Source: a virus (Duplodnaviria; Caudoviricetes). From it: DNA of 42,537 nt. How positions within the stretch are numbered: position 1 is the first letter of the stretch; each line of letters begins with the position of its first letter. Positions 1-9,405 of this stretch are shown here, piece after piece. Under the pieces are notes generated by a model. That model was not told where the DNA came from, ran no database searches, and saw nothing but the letters and a program-made list of their open reading frames with translations. The translations under genes were made by a program, and so were the position numbers. Location of the stretch: positions 1 to 42,537 of IMG/VR virus record IMGVR_UViG_3300022936_000014; one strand, 5' to 3'.

Positions 1-1
1 G

Positions 2-469
2 AACCTTGAGCTTCGAAATCTGAGCCTGCAGGTCAGCAGCAGGAACGTTGAAGCCCTGCGCCAGAAATTCCTGAGCCAGTTCTTTCAGGCGATAGCCATG
101 CCCGCCGAGACGCGCAATGTAGCGGTCATCAAACTGAGCCAGACCCTCGATAGAGAAAATCTTTAGCGCACGGAGGTCAGCGATGCGCGATGGGTTCAGG
201 AACGGCGCGCGCTCCAATGGAGTGCCGCCTGCGGTCTGGGAGGAGCCCTGCTTGAACTGCGCATACTGCTCCGGCCAACGGTCTGCGTAGGTTACATCCT
301 CGCCAAAGTCACCACGGTCAAACACATCGACGGCACGGAAAACTGGAACGGAACGGCTGTCACCAGCCTTGAGAACGCGAACGCATTCTTCGCCCTCATG
401 CAAGAAAAACTGCGGTGTAATAGCCGCTTCCTCGTTGGGCTTGAACTGCTGCAAAAATGGATCGGCCAT
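2..469 (-). CDS. Conserved phage hypothetical protein, 5' part of a gene spanning the contig junction
   Basis: Not in ORF track. ATG at 469 opens MADPFLQQFKPNEEAAITPQFF...YADRWPEQYAQFKQG...GTPLERAPFL, open to the window edge and continuing at the right end. Confidence 0.85.
   Translation of the reverse strand, partial: MADPFLQQFKPNEEAAITPQFFLHEGEECVRVLKAGDSRSVPVFRAVDVFDRGDFGEDVTYADRWPEQYAQFKQGSSQTAGGTPLERAPFLNPSRIADLRALKIFSIEGLAQFDDRYIARLGGHGYRLKELAQEFLAQGFNVPAADLQAQISKLKV
14..139. repeat. Terminal direct repeat, left copy (126 bp; circular assembly overlap)
   Basis: Identical to 42412-42537; falls inside a gene that reads continuously across the junction. Confidence 0.95.
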
Positions 470-474
470 ATATT

Positions 475-696
475 TTACTCCGTAATACCTTTGACGGCCC
501 ACATGACCGCTTCTTCAATCTTGGTCTTAGCCAAGCTAATCTCGCGAGATGCTGGCATACTTGCGACAAGCTCAAAGAACTCGCGGCCCGCAGATTTAAC
601 AGCATTCATGTTGTTAACTTCGGCTTCAGTAAGCTGCCGAACAGCCTTGACGCGAGTAATGTCTTTGGGGTCGTATGCTGGATTTTCTTTAGTCAT
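475..696 (-). CDS. acb2: Acb2/Tad1-family cyclic-nucleotide sponge (anti-defence) protein
   Basis: 73 aa; RQLTEAEVNNMNAVK resembles the Acb2 N-terminal helix; SREISLAKTKIEEAVMWAVKGI matches the Acb2/Tad1 helical-hairpin signature as recalled. Confidence 0.75.
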   Translation of the reverse strand: MTKENPAYDPKDITRVKAVRQLTEAEVNNMNAVKSAGREFFELVASMPASREISLAKTKIEEAVMWAVKGITE

Positions 697-732
697 TTTG
701 CTGCCATCCTTGGTTCAGCGGTTAGGTAAGGT

Positions 733-758
733 AGAAAGGCGCGACCGAAGCCGCGCCC
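733..758 (-). terminator. Intrinsic terminator after capsid/decoration genes
   Basis: Minus strand GGGCGCGGC-TTCG-GTCGCGCCT-TTCT; cUUCGg tetraloop, short U tract. Confidence 0.75.
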
Positions 759-764
759 TGTTGA

Positions 765-1073
765 TTAGGCGTCCTTGCCGGGAAGGCCAAGCGAGCGCGC
801 ATAAAAGAACGCGTTGATCGGAATAGCCGCGACAGGGGTTACGTACCCACCAGCGCCCGCCGTAGCGACCCAAGTGGTTTCGTTGATCGTGATAGCCGTT
901 CCAGCTGTAGCGAAAGCCGCGCCAGCCTTGACAAACACGTAGTAGTGGCCGTCCGAGCCAAGTTCAGGATTGCCGAGCATCGGGGACGTATCAACGCCCT
1001 GAAGATCGAAAAACTGGACAGTATCGAACTGATCGACATCGGGGCCAAGGTTAGGAGTCGTGCGAAATGCCAT
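765..1073 (-). CDS. Putative capsid decoration/cement protein
   Basis: 102 aa Ala/Gly/Thr-rich beta-type protein directly after the major capsid gene, before the terminator. Confidence 0.6.
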   Translation of the reverse strand: MAFRTTPNLGPDVDQFDTVQFFDLQGVDTSPMLGNPELGSDGHYYVFVKAGAAFATAGTAITINETTWVATAGAGGYVTPVAAIPINAFFYARSLGLPGKDA

Positions 1074-1085
1074 GTTATGTGCTCC

Positions 1086-2105
1086 TTATGCCGCTGGGTT
1101 GCTGTCGTAAAGGCGCCAGCTGTACTGAGGGTCACCCAGAACAAACTGACCAAACCAGACCAAGAAGTTCGCAATAGCGTCCTGGTTGATAGGCATGGCG
1201 CCGTCGCCATCAAACAGCATGTCCATGTTACGATCAGGGTGAGCGTACATGTACAGGTCGTCGCCACGCAGGCCGTAGGTCGTATTGGCGGGCATGCTGG
1301 AACGAATACCGGCTGCGGGAATGACTTCGGAGGTGAAGCCTGCGCCTGCAAATTCCAGTGCAGGGAAGCCCAAGCGGCCAATGCGGCCAGTGGACGTAAC
1401 GCGCTGGTGAGCGACGAGCGAAGCCGAGAATGCCTGGAAATGCTCAGTGGAAGCAATCAGGATATCAGCGGCGCGGTTGCCCTTGGAACGCTGCAGCAGA
1501 ATGCGTTCGTACATCGGGCGGATGGTCGTGCTGTCAACCTGCGTACCAAGATCGGGGAAATCCGAGTTGGCATTATAGGTCGAAGTGCGCCAGATGGGGT
1601 TGATCGAACGGTCAATGCCGCCATACGTGCCGGTGTTGGTGACGACCGGCAGTGCAGCCGCAAGACCAATGATGGAGCGACCGTTGGAGGCCGTACCGTC
1701 GCCGTTGATACCGGCTTCAATCAGGTCCTGCATGGAACTAGTGGCGGACTTTTCGTATTCGGCAAACAGGTCGATGACCTGAGCGCGACCACGGTTCACC
1801 AGCAGTTCAGTGCCGTTAAAGCTAATCGGCACATAGGCGTTTGTCGGGGTGAAGAAAGCATCGTTAAACAGCTCGATTGGGCTGTTGCGGAGCTTGTCAT
1901 ACCCAGTGAAGTAGCCGCCAGACTGCTTGTTGATCTGCAGGTGGTGGCGAATTTCTGGACCATAGAACGAGCGAACGTTGCCGTTAGCGCGAATGATCGC
2001 AGTTATTGGGTTGTTGTTGAAAACCAGTTCAGTAATGCCGGGCTTACGCATTGCCATGGAGGCAGAGAGTAGCTGGCGGTACTGACGGTCAGAAGTGACT
2101 GCCAT
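1086..2105 (-). CDS. Major capsid protein
   Basis: 339 aa, follows scaffold; GINGDGTA..IIGLAA..GTYGGIDRS..WR pattern typical of podovirus HK97-fold capsids; AAGGA RBS. Confidence 0.88.
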   Translation of the reverse strand: MAVTSDRQYRQLLSASMAMRKPGITELVFNNNPITAIIRANGNVRSFYGPEIRHHLQINKQSGGYFTGYDKLRNSPIELFNDAFFTPTNAYVPISFNGTELLVNRGRAQVIDLFAEYEKSATSSMQDLIEAGINGDGTASNGRSIIGLAAALPVVTNTGTYGGIDRSINPIWRTSTYNANSDFPDLGTQVDSTTIRPMYERILLQRSKGNRAADILIASTEHFQAFSASLVAHQRVTSTGRIGRLGFPALEFAGAGFTSEVIPAAGIRSSMPANTTYGLRGDDLYMYAHPDRNMDMLFDGDGAMPINQDAIANFLVWFGQFVLGDPQYSWRLYDSNPAA

Positions 2106-2117
2106 GTGTTAATCCTT

Positions 2118-3290
2118 TTAGAAGCCTAGAGCGCGCATTGAGGCGTCAATTGCTTCTTTGGTGCTGAGGTTTGCACTTTTGGGAACGGATGTTCCGTTAG
2201 GTGCGCCTTTGATGGATTTTGCGCCAGCCGGGTTGATCGGCTTCACAGGCGTTGCGGTGTTGAGCCGCCCGGTATTCTGTTGCGTATAGCCAGCGGGGTT
2301 GATCCGCTCTGCCATGTCGTAAGCTGCCGCCAAACGCTTTTGTGCGCTTAGCGTTGACGGTATCTTATCACTGTTCAGGAAAAACGCAATATCCTCTTCC
2401 AATTCTTCGTAACGGTCATCGTCACCGAGAGAAGCGCGGAATGGTTCGATAATGCTAGATTTAACCTGCTGTAGCTGTTGTTCCTGCTGAGACTGCTGTG
2501 TGGTCTGGGTCACGCCCTGCAGTTGCTGGGTTAGCTGCTGGATTTGGCGTTCTAACTGGCTCACCTTGGGGTCCGCAGGAGGCTGCTGAGGAGCGTTAAG
2601 GATGTGCTGCGCATACTGCTGCGGAGTGATGCCAATCGACGTCAGGACACGGTTAATGCCAGCTACAGGGTCAGTCTTGAGCAGGTTATCAATGGCGACA
2701 TAGTTGGTCATCGCCGCTTTGACGGTCGTACCATGCTCCCGCGCCATATCCTCAAACTCACGAAGCTCCTTGCGAAACTCGTGACTCTCACGATGCTCCT
2801 GTAGGCCCTTCTCAGCGTTCTGGAGCGCCCGATGCACCTCACCCCTTACATCGGCGTCAACCTCTGCCCACTTCTCTTTGGCACGTGGCAGAAACCGGGC
2901 AGGAGGCTTATCAATGTCACGATCCTCAGACGACCGATCTTTGGTTCCGTCCTCCTGCCCAGTCTCCTCACCCTCAGCGTTAGCTTCGGGGTCTTGATCG
3001 GCTTCGCTGTCAGGCGCGGCCTTATTTTCGGGTTCTGTAGCTACCTCAGCTTTGGCGAACTTGCCGCCTTCGCGCTTAGGTTCTGGCTTGACCTCTGGCT
3101 TATCGTCAGCCTCGTCATTGCCAATCTTGGTGCCCTTGGCTTCTAGCTCATCAGCAGCCTTTTCCAATGCCTCGCGAGAGGATAGGGGCTTGGGTTCCGG
3201 CGCGGCTTTAGGCTCTGGTGCGTCTGGCGTGTAGCTGAGCGATTGCGGGTCGGACCCGGCCTCGATCACTAGGGAGTTGTTTTCGGTCAT
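2118..3290 (-). CDS. Capsid scaffolding protein
   Basis: 390 aa; acidic disordered N-terminus, Gln-rich coiled coil, short C-terminal helix; immediately upstream of capsid gene. Confidence 0.75.
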   Translation of the reverse strand: MTENNSLVIEAGSDPQSLSYTPDAPEPKAAPEPKPLSSREALEKAADELEAKGTKIGNDEADDKPEVKPEPKREGGKFAKAEVATEPENKAAPDSEADQDPEANAEGEETGQEDGTKDRSSEDRDIDKPPARFLPRAKEKWAEVDADVRGEVHRALQNAEKGLQEHRESHEFRKELREFEDMAREHGTTVKAAMTNYVAIDNLLKTDPVAGINRVLTSIGITPQQYAQHILNAPQQPPADPKVSQLERQIQQLTQQLQGVTQTTQQSQQEQQLQQVKSSIIEPFRASLGDDDRYEELEEDIAFFLNSDKIPSTLSAQKRLAAAYDMAERINPAGYTQQNTGRLNTATPVKPINPAGAKSIKGAPNGTSVPKSANLSTKEAIDASMRALGF

Positions 3291-3351
3291 TTAGTGTTTG
3301 CCTTTGTCTGAGAAAGGTGGTTGGGTAGGCACGCATTTTAGGAGGAAATTA

Positions 3352-3519
3352 ATGCTTCAAAGTATCGCCGTAGCAGTAGCCTTGCTGTGCTTTATCAGCG
3401 GTTTCGCATGTTTGCTAATAGCCGCTTTCACCGGTTTTACTTATCCATTGATCGCTATTTGGGGATTTGCTGGACTGCCAGCCGGAATTTTGGTGGCGAT
3501 GATAGCAGAACCCGATTGA
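3352..3519 (+). CDS. Antisense small two-TM membrane protein (55 aa)
   Basis: AGGAGG RBS then ATG 3352; MLQSIAVAVALLCF...; fills the gap between two minus-strand genes. Confidence 0.7.
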   Translation: MLQSIAVAVALLCFISGFACLLIAAFTGFTYPLIAIWGFAGLPAGILVAMIAEPD

Positions 3520-3885
3520 TCACTCCACATGATCAAATTCCCCACGGCTAACAGCAGCCTCAGCCTTGTCCAAAGCCGCTGCAATATCCGTCTTGTCAGC
3601 CTCAAGCGGCTTATGCACCGGGTTCAAATACCCCGCATCATCACCTACCTCAACGAACTCAGTCCCGCGTGGGTTGTTATGCGCACGATAGCTCTCACGC
3701 ATAGCGGCCTTGCTGGTATAAATCTTGCCATCAACCATTGATCGCAGCGGCTCAGTCTCATCACCCGTATAGATGCGCGGCAGCGGTGCCGGATTCTCTG
3801 GCGTGTACTCACGGTAGGCGTAAGGCTCGACCACGCCGGTATCGAGATTGAGGAAGCCGCCTGGAACTGATTTGTATGTTGTCAT
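3520..3885 (-). CDS. Conserved phage hypothetical protein (head module)
   Basis: 121 aa, SMVDGKIYTSKAAMR..EVGDD motif; translationally coupled to the upstream gene. Confidence 0.7.
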   Translation of the reverse strand: MTTYKSVPGGFLNLDTGVVEPYAYREYTPENPAPLPRIYTGDETEPLRSMVDGKIYTSKAAMRESYRAHNNPRGTEFVEVGDDAGYLNPVHKPLEADKTDIAAALDKAEAAVSRGEFDHVE

Positions 3886-4364
3886 TAGCCAAGCCTATAA
3901 ATGCGAACGGGGATTGAGTAGCTACCTGCGATAGAGATGGCTGGCACGAGCAACCCTACAGTAATTTGCCCCGCTGTGGAACATACGCAGTCTTGCACCG
4001 AATAGCCAGATGGTGGCGCTGAAACTGGAACTGCAACGTATGAGGCTGTGGTGACAGTCCCTGTTAGCGCTGTGGTAACGCGGCGGACGCCTAGGGATAG
4101 GGTTACTAGACCGCTCTCCGCTAGCGTGGCTGTGCCGAGTAGGGTTGAGCCGGACGGGCCTGTTGAACCCTGGATGCCTTGAATACCCTGTGTCCCTTGC
4201 GCTCCCGTATCGCCCTTAACACCCTGTGAGCCGGTTGCACCCTGAGCCCCGGTATCGCCTTTAGGCCCCGTCGCGCCTGTCATCCCGGCAATACCGGCAG
4301 CGCCAGTGTCGCCCTTAGCGCCAGCCGGTCCCTGAATGCCATACCCCAATGACCGAACCGTCAT
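3885..4364 (-). CDS. Collagen-like (Gly-X-Y) fibre protein
   Basis: About 20 consecutive GXY triplets with repeated GxKGDTGA, then a beta-rich C-terminal domain. Confidence 0.85.
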   Translation of the reverse strand: MTVRSLGYGIQGPAGAKGDTGAAGIAGMTGATGPKGDTGAQGATGSQGVKGDTGAQGTQGIQGIQGSTGPSGSTLLGTATLAESGLVTLSLGVRRVTTALTGTVTTASYVAVPVSAPPSGYSVQDCVCSTAGQITVGLLVPAISIAGSYSIPVRIYRLG

Positions 4365-4708
4365 ATCCCAAACCCATAATTAACCTCAATTGGCACCAAG
4401 TCTGAGCCTACAGGAAACCCCGGCCTAGCAACAGCCATAACCGACATCCGCTCAGGTTTCTGAGTGGCATATACAGACACATGGCCGGGTGGCAGCAGCC
4501 AGCCCTTGCCTTCCTCGACCTCGCCAGCCTCGCCAGTCTTGAACCCTCGCAGTCGCACATAGCACGAGTTGGAGTTAACAACCTGGAACGCATCCGCATT
4601 GAGAGGAATGTAGTTCACCGGCACAACCGTAGACTGCCCAACCGTACCCGTGACAGGCAACATAATCGGATCAGTTAACCGCCGATAAGGTGTAGCGATA
4701 GCCATCAC
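4361..4708 (-). CDS. Putative virion structural protein
   Basis: 115 aa beta-rich, overlapping neighbours in the fibre cluster. Confidence 0.55.
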   Translation of the reverse strand: MMAIATPYRRLTDPIMLPVTGTVGQSTVVPVNYIPLNADAFQVVNSNSCYVRLRGFKTGEAGEVEEGKGWLLPPGHVSVYATQKPERMSVMAVARPGFPVGSDLVPIEVNYGFGI

Positions 4709-5079
4709 ACAAGCTCCGTAACTACGGCCACGCCGTCATTGGGATCAGTTGCCCAAACACCTGTGATAATGCCAGTATATGGCATAGTAATCTCCTGAGT
4801 GGCGTTCTGCGGCAAGCGATAGGTAAACATGAGTGCCGATGCCGTACCACTGGCGAGGCGCACGTAAAGGATAGCTGAAGAGGTATTGGTTATAACGCAA
4901 GCCTTGCGGGCTGGGTTTGCAGCCAACAAGGTTACACTCGTAGCATTATCGTTGACGTTTGTTACTGCGCCGCTAGTTGCAGCCGCCACAGACATGGGGA
5001 ATGGGTTAGCCGCACTGACGCGCTGGTCAACGTTGCCCGCCGCTGGATTTGGTGTGACTAGTGAGACTGCTGCGCCCAT
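4705..5079 (-). CDS. Putative virion structural/fibre-associated protein
   Basis: 124 aa, LLAANPARKACVITNTS..LYV motif, beta-sandwich-like composition. Confidence 0.6.
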   Translation of the reverse strand: MGAAVSLVTPNPAAGNVDQRVSAANPFPMSVAAATSGAVTNVNDNATSVTLLAANPARKACVITNTSSAILYVRLASGTASALMFTYRLPQNATQEITMPYTGIITGVWATDPNDGVAVVTELV

Positions 5080-5097
5080 TTTGATAATCCTAACTTA

Positions 5098-6234
5098 TTA
5101 TCCGATTAGGAGGTTAACGTTGGCTTGCGCCCAATCTCGATACATCTCAGCTTTTAGATGTACAGTGGCGTCTTGGTTCATTCCCGCCGCCTGAATTAAT
5201 GACCATGACCCATAGCGAGTTCTTAGGTCTATTAGCCCTGCACCTCGCTCCAAGGCTAGTTCATACATAGCAGCATCATACGCTGCCGTAACACCCAGAG
5301 GGTCGCGGCTTGCTGCTTGTGGCGGCTCAATCCCTAGAATGAAGGCGCTATTGGGATTAGAAACCATAAAGGCTCTAACACTAGCCTTGTAAGTAGCAGC
5401 CGGTATGGTGTCCATACCATTGCTTCCAATGAAATAAACAATAGCGTCGGGTTGCAAAGCAGCCATAGCAAGTGCTGGCGCGTAGGGCGAACTAGAAACC
5501 TCCCAATCGGACGCCCTTGCACCAGCCCATCCCATATTGCAGAAATGAACTGCAGGGTTTGCGGTATCATACGCAATCAGGCCAATAATCCAAATGCGGC
5601 CTCCTGTGCCGTTTCGTTGGATATTGATAGTCCCAAGAGCCGCCGTTCCACCACTAGTAACGGTAATCTTTTGTACATCCGTAGATGCATTCTGAGAATT
5701 GTACGTAGCTAATGTTGCGCCACCAAAATTGACGGTTAGCGTGCCATGAGTGCTAGCCCTCACAAGGAGGATATCAACTGCATTGAATGCCTTTTCGGGC
5801 GTGTACGTGAATGTGTCAGTAGTGCTTGAGTTCTGCAATAATGCAGCACCAATAGACTTTTGATCATCGCGCCAAGACCAGCCGGAACCGGCAAAAGTCA
5901 TCTTTGCATCATACTGAGTGGTAATAGCAGTAGTGGGGGAGGCGCTGCCCCATCTTTGATTGCCAAAAAAGTTATCGACCGTTGCTTTGTAGGATGCTGG
6001 CATAAGCCTCGCAGATTGAACAGGATGAGAATAGGGCTTAGACCCTTCATAATCCTCTGCGTTTGGCCCGCCTCCTTGACCAGCTGTCAAGCTGTCACCC
6101 GCAAAGCCTATGACAACTCTACTTCCACCGGGCAGACCTGTAGTTATACGGTTCATTTTGCGCTTTAGCGCCAAGAAATTCTTAACTAGCGGCAGGCCAA
6201 CATCCTGCGGGGTAATTAACCGACCTAGAGCCAT
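5098..6234 (-). CDS. SGNH/GDSL hydrolase, probable virion-associated esterase/spike
   Basis: Blocks GDSLTAG, NMGWAG, IGSN, DATVH, with an inserted beta-rich domain. Confidence 0.82.
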   Translation of the reverse strand: MALGRLITPQDVGLPLVKNFLALKRKMNRITTGLPGGSRVVIGFAGDSLTAGQGGGPNAEDYEGSKPYSHPVQSARLMPASYKATVDNFFGNQRWGSASPTTAITTQYDAKMTFAGSGWSWRDDQKSIGAALLQNSSTTDTFTYTPEKAFNAVDILLVRASTHGTLTVNFGGATLATYNSQNASTDVQKITVTSGGTAALGTINIQRNGTGGRIWIIGLIAYDTANPAVHFCNMGWAGARASDWEVSSSPYAPALAMAALQPDAIVYFIGSNGMDTIPAATYKASVRAFMVSNPNSAFILGIEPPQAASRDPLGVTAAYDAAMYELALERGAGLIDLRTRYGSWSLIQAAGMNQDATVHLKAEMYRDWAQANVNLLIG

Positions 6235-6740
6235 TATGCAGCTATCCCATAAAGTGGGGAGCCATCAGCCCCCGTTAAGTATGCGCCATCATTACCTAGC
6301 AACAACTGGCCTGTAACACCGTCAATTGTGATAAACTGCGGCACCCCGCCTTCATACGGCGTACCATCCAAGTTAAACAAATTCATCGGAACGCCGCCGC
6401 TATCAACAAGAGTAATCTTAAGACCATACCCGTTCGCACTAACTGTAGCTACAGGAGCGGCAGGGTTGACAGGCTCACCGGGAGCATTGAGTTGCGTAAC
6501 AGCTATGCCTCCAGTCAACACGATGATAACCGGAATGCCCTGTATCATGCCTTCAGACTCCGTTGGTGGCGGCGCGTCCACCTCATACACGCCAGTTTGC
6601 CACCGAAGTAGCATGGTTTCGTAGCTCTCAGTTGGCGCGTCCAACACGAGAGGGTAGTTATTCTGCTGGCCCTTGTCGGTCGTAATGCCCAGAGTACCCG
6701 GATAGGCAACCTGAAGCCGCAGCCCGGAGAACCTACGCAT
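6234..6740 (-). CDS. Putative virion structural/fibre-anchor protein
   Basis: 168 aa; overlaps portal stop; C-terminal LLGNDGAYLTGADG repeat. Confidence 0.55.
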   Translation of the reverse strand: MRRFSGLRLQVAYPGTLGITTDKGQQNNYPLVLDAPTESYETMLLRWQTGVYEVDAPPPTESEGMIQGIPVIIVLTGGIAVTQLNAPGEPVNPAAPVATVSANGYGLKITLVDSGGVPMNLFNLDGTPYEGGVPQFITIDGVTGQLLLGNDGAYLTGADGSPLYGIAA

Positions 6741-9087
6741 CGCGGTCGCCCTGTGGCTTCATAGCCTGAGCGAGCCGTGCTGCGTCAGCCTGTCGCTGCT
6801 GTGCGTCTAGTTTGTCATACTCAAGCTGCGTCGAGATGGCTAGTTCTTCTCTACGGAAAGCATCGTCTGCGGCAAACCTTTGGTCCTCGGCCATCTGCTC
6901 CTGGGCTTTAATAGCGGCCTCTGCCTCAAGGTCTTGGGCATTGGTTTGTGTATCAGCATCAAGTTGCGCCTGCTCCGTCATCAGGTTAACTTCAGCGTCT
7001 TGTGTGCGTTCCTGCAGGCGGGCCTGAGCCTTTATCTGCTCAGTCTGAGCGGCCATCTGCGGACGCGTCTGCAGTTCCTGAGCCTTCAACTGAAGATCCT
7101 GACCACGCAGCCCAAGCTCAGCCTGACGGTACTCATTATCGCCCTGCAGCTTCTGCCCCTCAAGCGCCAACATGCCCTTCTTGTACTCGGCTTCGGCTGC
7201 GTTCTTCTCAGCATCCGGGTTGGGCTGTGGCTGTGCATTCTCCATGCTCTCTACCCACTCATCCACCAAGCCCTCAAGCTCACGCCCAGCCCGATACGGA
7301 CCAAGCTGAAACTTAATTAGCCCACCAGCCATCTTAGCGCCAGCAGGTCCACTCATAGCCAACGGAGCCAAAGCCTGGGATGCCGTGACAAACACAGTCA
7401 TGAACTCGTTACGGCTTTCCTTCTCAGCCTGCTCATCGGGGTAAATCGTGCTGTCCGTCTCGATGTCGAACACAAATGGCCGCGTCTTGCTGTCGTCTAG
7501 CAGTTCCTTAACCATCTCCTCAGTCACTGACTGCCCTATCTTGGCAATCTGCGGCTGGTATTTGGCTATGATGGCTTGCTGCGCCTGTTGGTATTGCGCC
7601 TGCGCACCCTCAAGAGCCGCTGGATCACCCCCCTCCTGGTTAGCCAAGGCTTGCTCAGCCTGATCAGTCAATGCCTCAAGTTCACCACGCGCAGCTTTCT
7701 CAAGCTCACGCATTTGCTTCTTGATGTCAGCCGTGGTCGGCAGTTCCATCTGGGACATATCAATGAGCGTGTCCCAATCGAACTCCTCAGCCATAATCTC
7801 AACCATGATGCACACGGTATCACGCGCAATGCGGACAAGCTCACTCACACGGTCGCGAATACGAACCGAGCCGTACTGTGATTTGAGCTTCTGAGCGGTA
7901 GCTGTCTCCTGCGCATCACTCTCACCGCGCATGATATCGGCAATACCGAACAACTCCTGCACGTTGCCGATGATTTCGCGGCGGGCTTCAACCGCTGACA
8001 GGATAGCCTGCGCCACCATGTCAATAGGGAGCCACTCGATCCCATTTTTACCATCGCTCATGCTCATGGCAGGAACGGGGATCATCATGTAGCTAGCATC
8101 ATCCGAGCGCAGCGCCTGCTCGATAGCATCACCAACGTCAGTGCCAGCCGGGATAATACCTTTGACAACCAGCTTCTCGCAGAGGTCATGAATACGGACC
8201 GTGAGGCTGTTGATGGTCTCTAGCTGGTCCTCGATATAAGAAATATCCGGCACAGGCACCAGCGAACGCCGCTGCATAGTCCCATACGCTGGCCGTGGGC
8301 ACGGAAAGAAGCCCTTAAGCTTCAGATGCGGTTCACCGCTGTCTAAGAACTCCTCACAGCCCTCAGCGACCCAATAGACCTTGTTCTCTACTTTGTCCCA
8401 TACCTCATAGAACGGAGCCTTGTCGTCATCGCTAGCCCATGCGTCATCGCCTACGCGGTCTTTGTGTGTGCCGTAGTTGGCCTGCATCGCAGCTTCGCCA
8501 AAACGCTTCTTAGCCGCAACGCGATCCAGCCAAGCAATGCGCCAGACCATGCCAACTTCAGACCACTTGCGGGCTATCGAGTGCCCAAAGTCCTTGCGGT
8601 CCAAATGTTCAATGCAAACCTTTTCCCCGTCGCCCTCATCCTCATACGTCAGCCAGATCACGCCGCGCGCGTTGATAACGAGGTCGTCGCGCACACTGAG
8701 CATCACCTGATCGATGTCGCTCTCGTCAAACCCAGCGACAGCGCAGCGCTCCAGCAACTCGCTAGTAACACGGTTAACCGGGCGGCGATCCTTGAATTTA
8801 GGCGTCACCACAGGCACAGGCGGGCGGCTATAGATAGATGGCTTGATGACCTCTACAGAGGCCCAGAACAGGTTATATTCGCGGTCAATGAAGCTATCGC
8901 CCACAGCGTCAAAGCCGGATAGCGTCTGCAGGCTAGAATACAGTTTATCGATGCGGTCGCACTTAGCCTGCCAGGTGTCAAACTTGCGCTCAGCGTCCTT
9001 GACGATAGCCAAAATGCCCTTAGCCGAGCGGTTGGCCTCGTCAGCTTCTCCTGTGCCTACGTTGTCGTAGGTGACGGGATCAGGCAA
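6733..9087 (-). CDS. Portal protein with long C-terminal coiled coil
   Basis: 784 aa (TTG start), first large gene after terL; ELFGIADIMRG..ETATAQ motif and helical tail as in P22-like portals. Confidence 0.85.
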   Translation of the reverse strand: MPDPVTYDNVGTGEADEANRSAKGILAIVKDAERKFDTWQAKCDRIDKLYSSLQTLSGFDAVGDSFIDREYNLFWASVEVIKPSIYSRPPVPVVTPKFKDRRPVNRVTSELLERCAVAGFDESDIDQVMLSVRDDLVINARGVIWLTYEDEGDGEKVCIEHLDRKDFGHSIARKWSEVGMVWRIAWLDRVAAKKRFGEAAMQANYGTHKDRVGDDAWASDDDKAPFYEVWDKVENKVYWVAEGCEEFLDSGEPHLKLKGFFPCPRPAYGTMQRRSLVPVPDISYIEDQLETINSLTVRIHDLCEKLVVKGIIPAGTDVGDAIEQALRSDDASYMMIPVPAMSMSDGKNGIEWLPIDMVAQAILSAVEARREIIGNVQELFGIADIMRGESDAQETATAQKLKSQYGSVRIRDRVSELVRIARDTVCIMVEIMAEEFDWDTLIDMSQMELPTTADIKKQMRELEKAARGELEALTDQAEQALANQEGGDPAALEGAQAQYQQAQQAIIAKYQPQIAKIGQSVTEEMVKELLDDSKTRPFVFDIETDSTIYPDEQAEKESRNEFMTVFVTASQALAPLAMSGPAGAKMAGGLIKFQLGPYRAGRELEGLVDEWVESMENAQPQPNPDAEKNAAEAEYKKGMLALEGQKLQGDNEYRQAELGLRGQDLQLKAQELQTRPQMAAQTEQIKAQARLQERTQDAEVNLMTEQAQLDADTQTNAQDLEAEAAIKAQEQMAEDQRFAADDAFRREELAISTQLEYDKLDAQQRQADAARLAQAMKPQGDRDA

Positions 9088-9345
9088 CTAAATCGTCCCC
9101 TCAATCATCTTCTTGAGCATCGGCGCTAGAACGCTATCCATGCCGCGCTCAGTCGCAATCTTCACATTGAACGTATCCGCCGTGATGGACGACGCCACGT
9201 AATCACACAGCAGCGGCGCACCAAGCGCTAGCTCCTTCAGCCTCCGGCTATTACCCGTGCCCGCAGTAATCTGCGCTGTGAGTTCTTTGGCTATGCCACC
9301 AGCTACACCGAGTGCTTGCAGCTTCTGCGTGTTATTCAGGGGCAT
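9088..9345 (-). CDS. Hypothetical protein
   Basis: 85 aa, AGGA RBS, abuts portal start. Confidence 0.7.
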   Translation of the reverse strand: MPLNNTQKLQALGVAGGIAKELTAQITAGTGNSRRLKELALGAPLLCDYVASSITADTFNVKIATERGMDSVLAPMLKKMIEGTI

Positions 9346-9379
9346 GATTTAATCCTGTGGCCGAACAGTTCATAGACGT

Positions 9380-9405
9380 TAGCATGCGGCGGGTGAACGT
9401 GCAAG
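9380..9405 (-). promoter_or_regulatory. Putative promoter of portal operon (CTTGC-N16-TGCTA class)
   Basis: TTGCAC-17-TAACGT on minus strand in an intergenic gap; same pattern at 13013-13038 and 13272-13297. Confidence 0.6.

Noticed and set aside
945-2072. 375-aa plus-strand ORF and similar long antisense ORFs (8464-8922, 34556-35206)
   Set aside because: Shadows of well-supported minus-strand genes; no RBS or motifs.
4170-4340. Repeated nucleotide units that could suggest a CRISPR array or VNTR
   Set aside because: Explained by collagen GXY codons; no repeat-spacer array seen anywhere.
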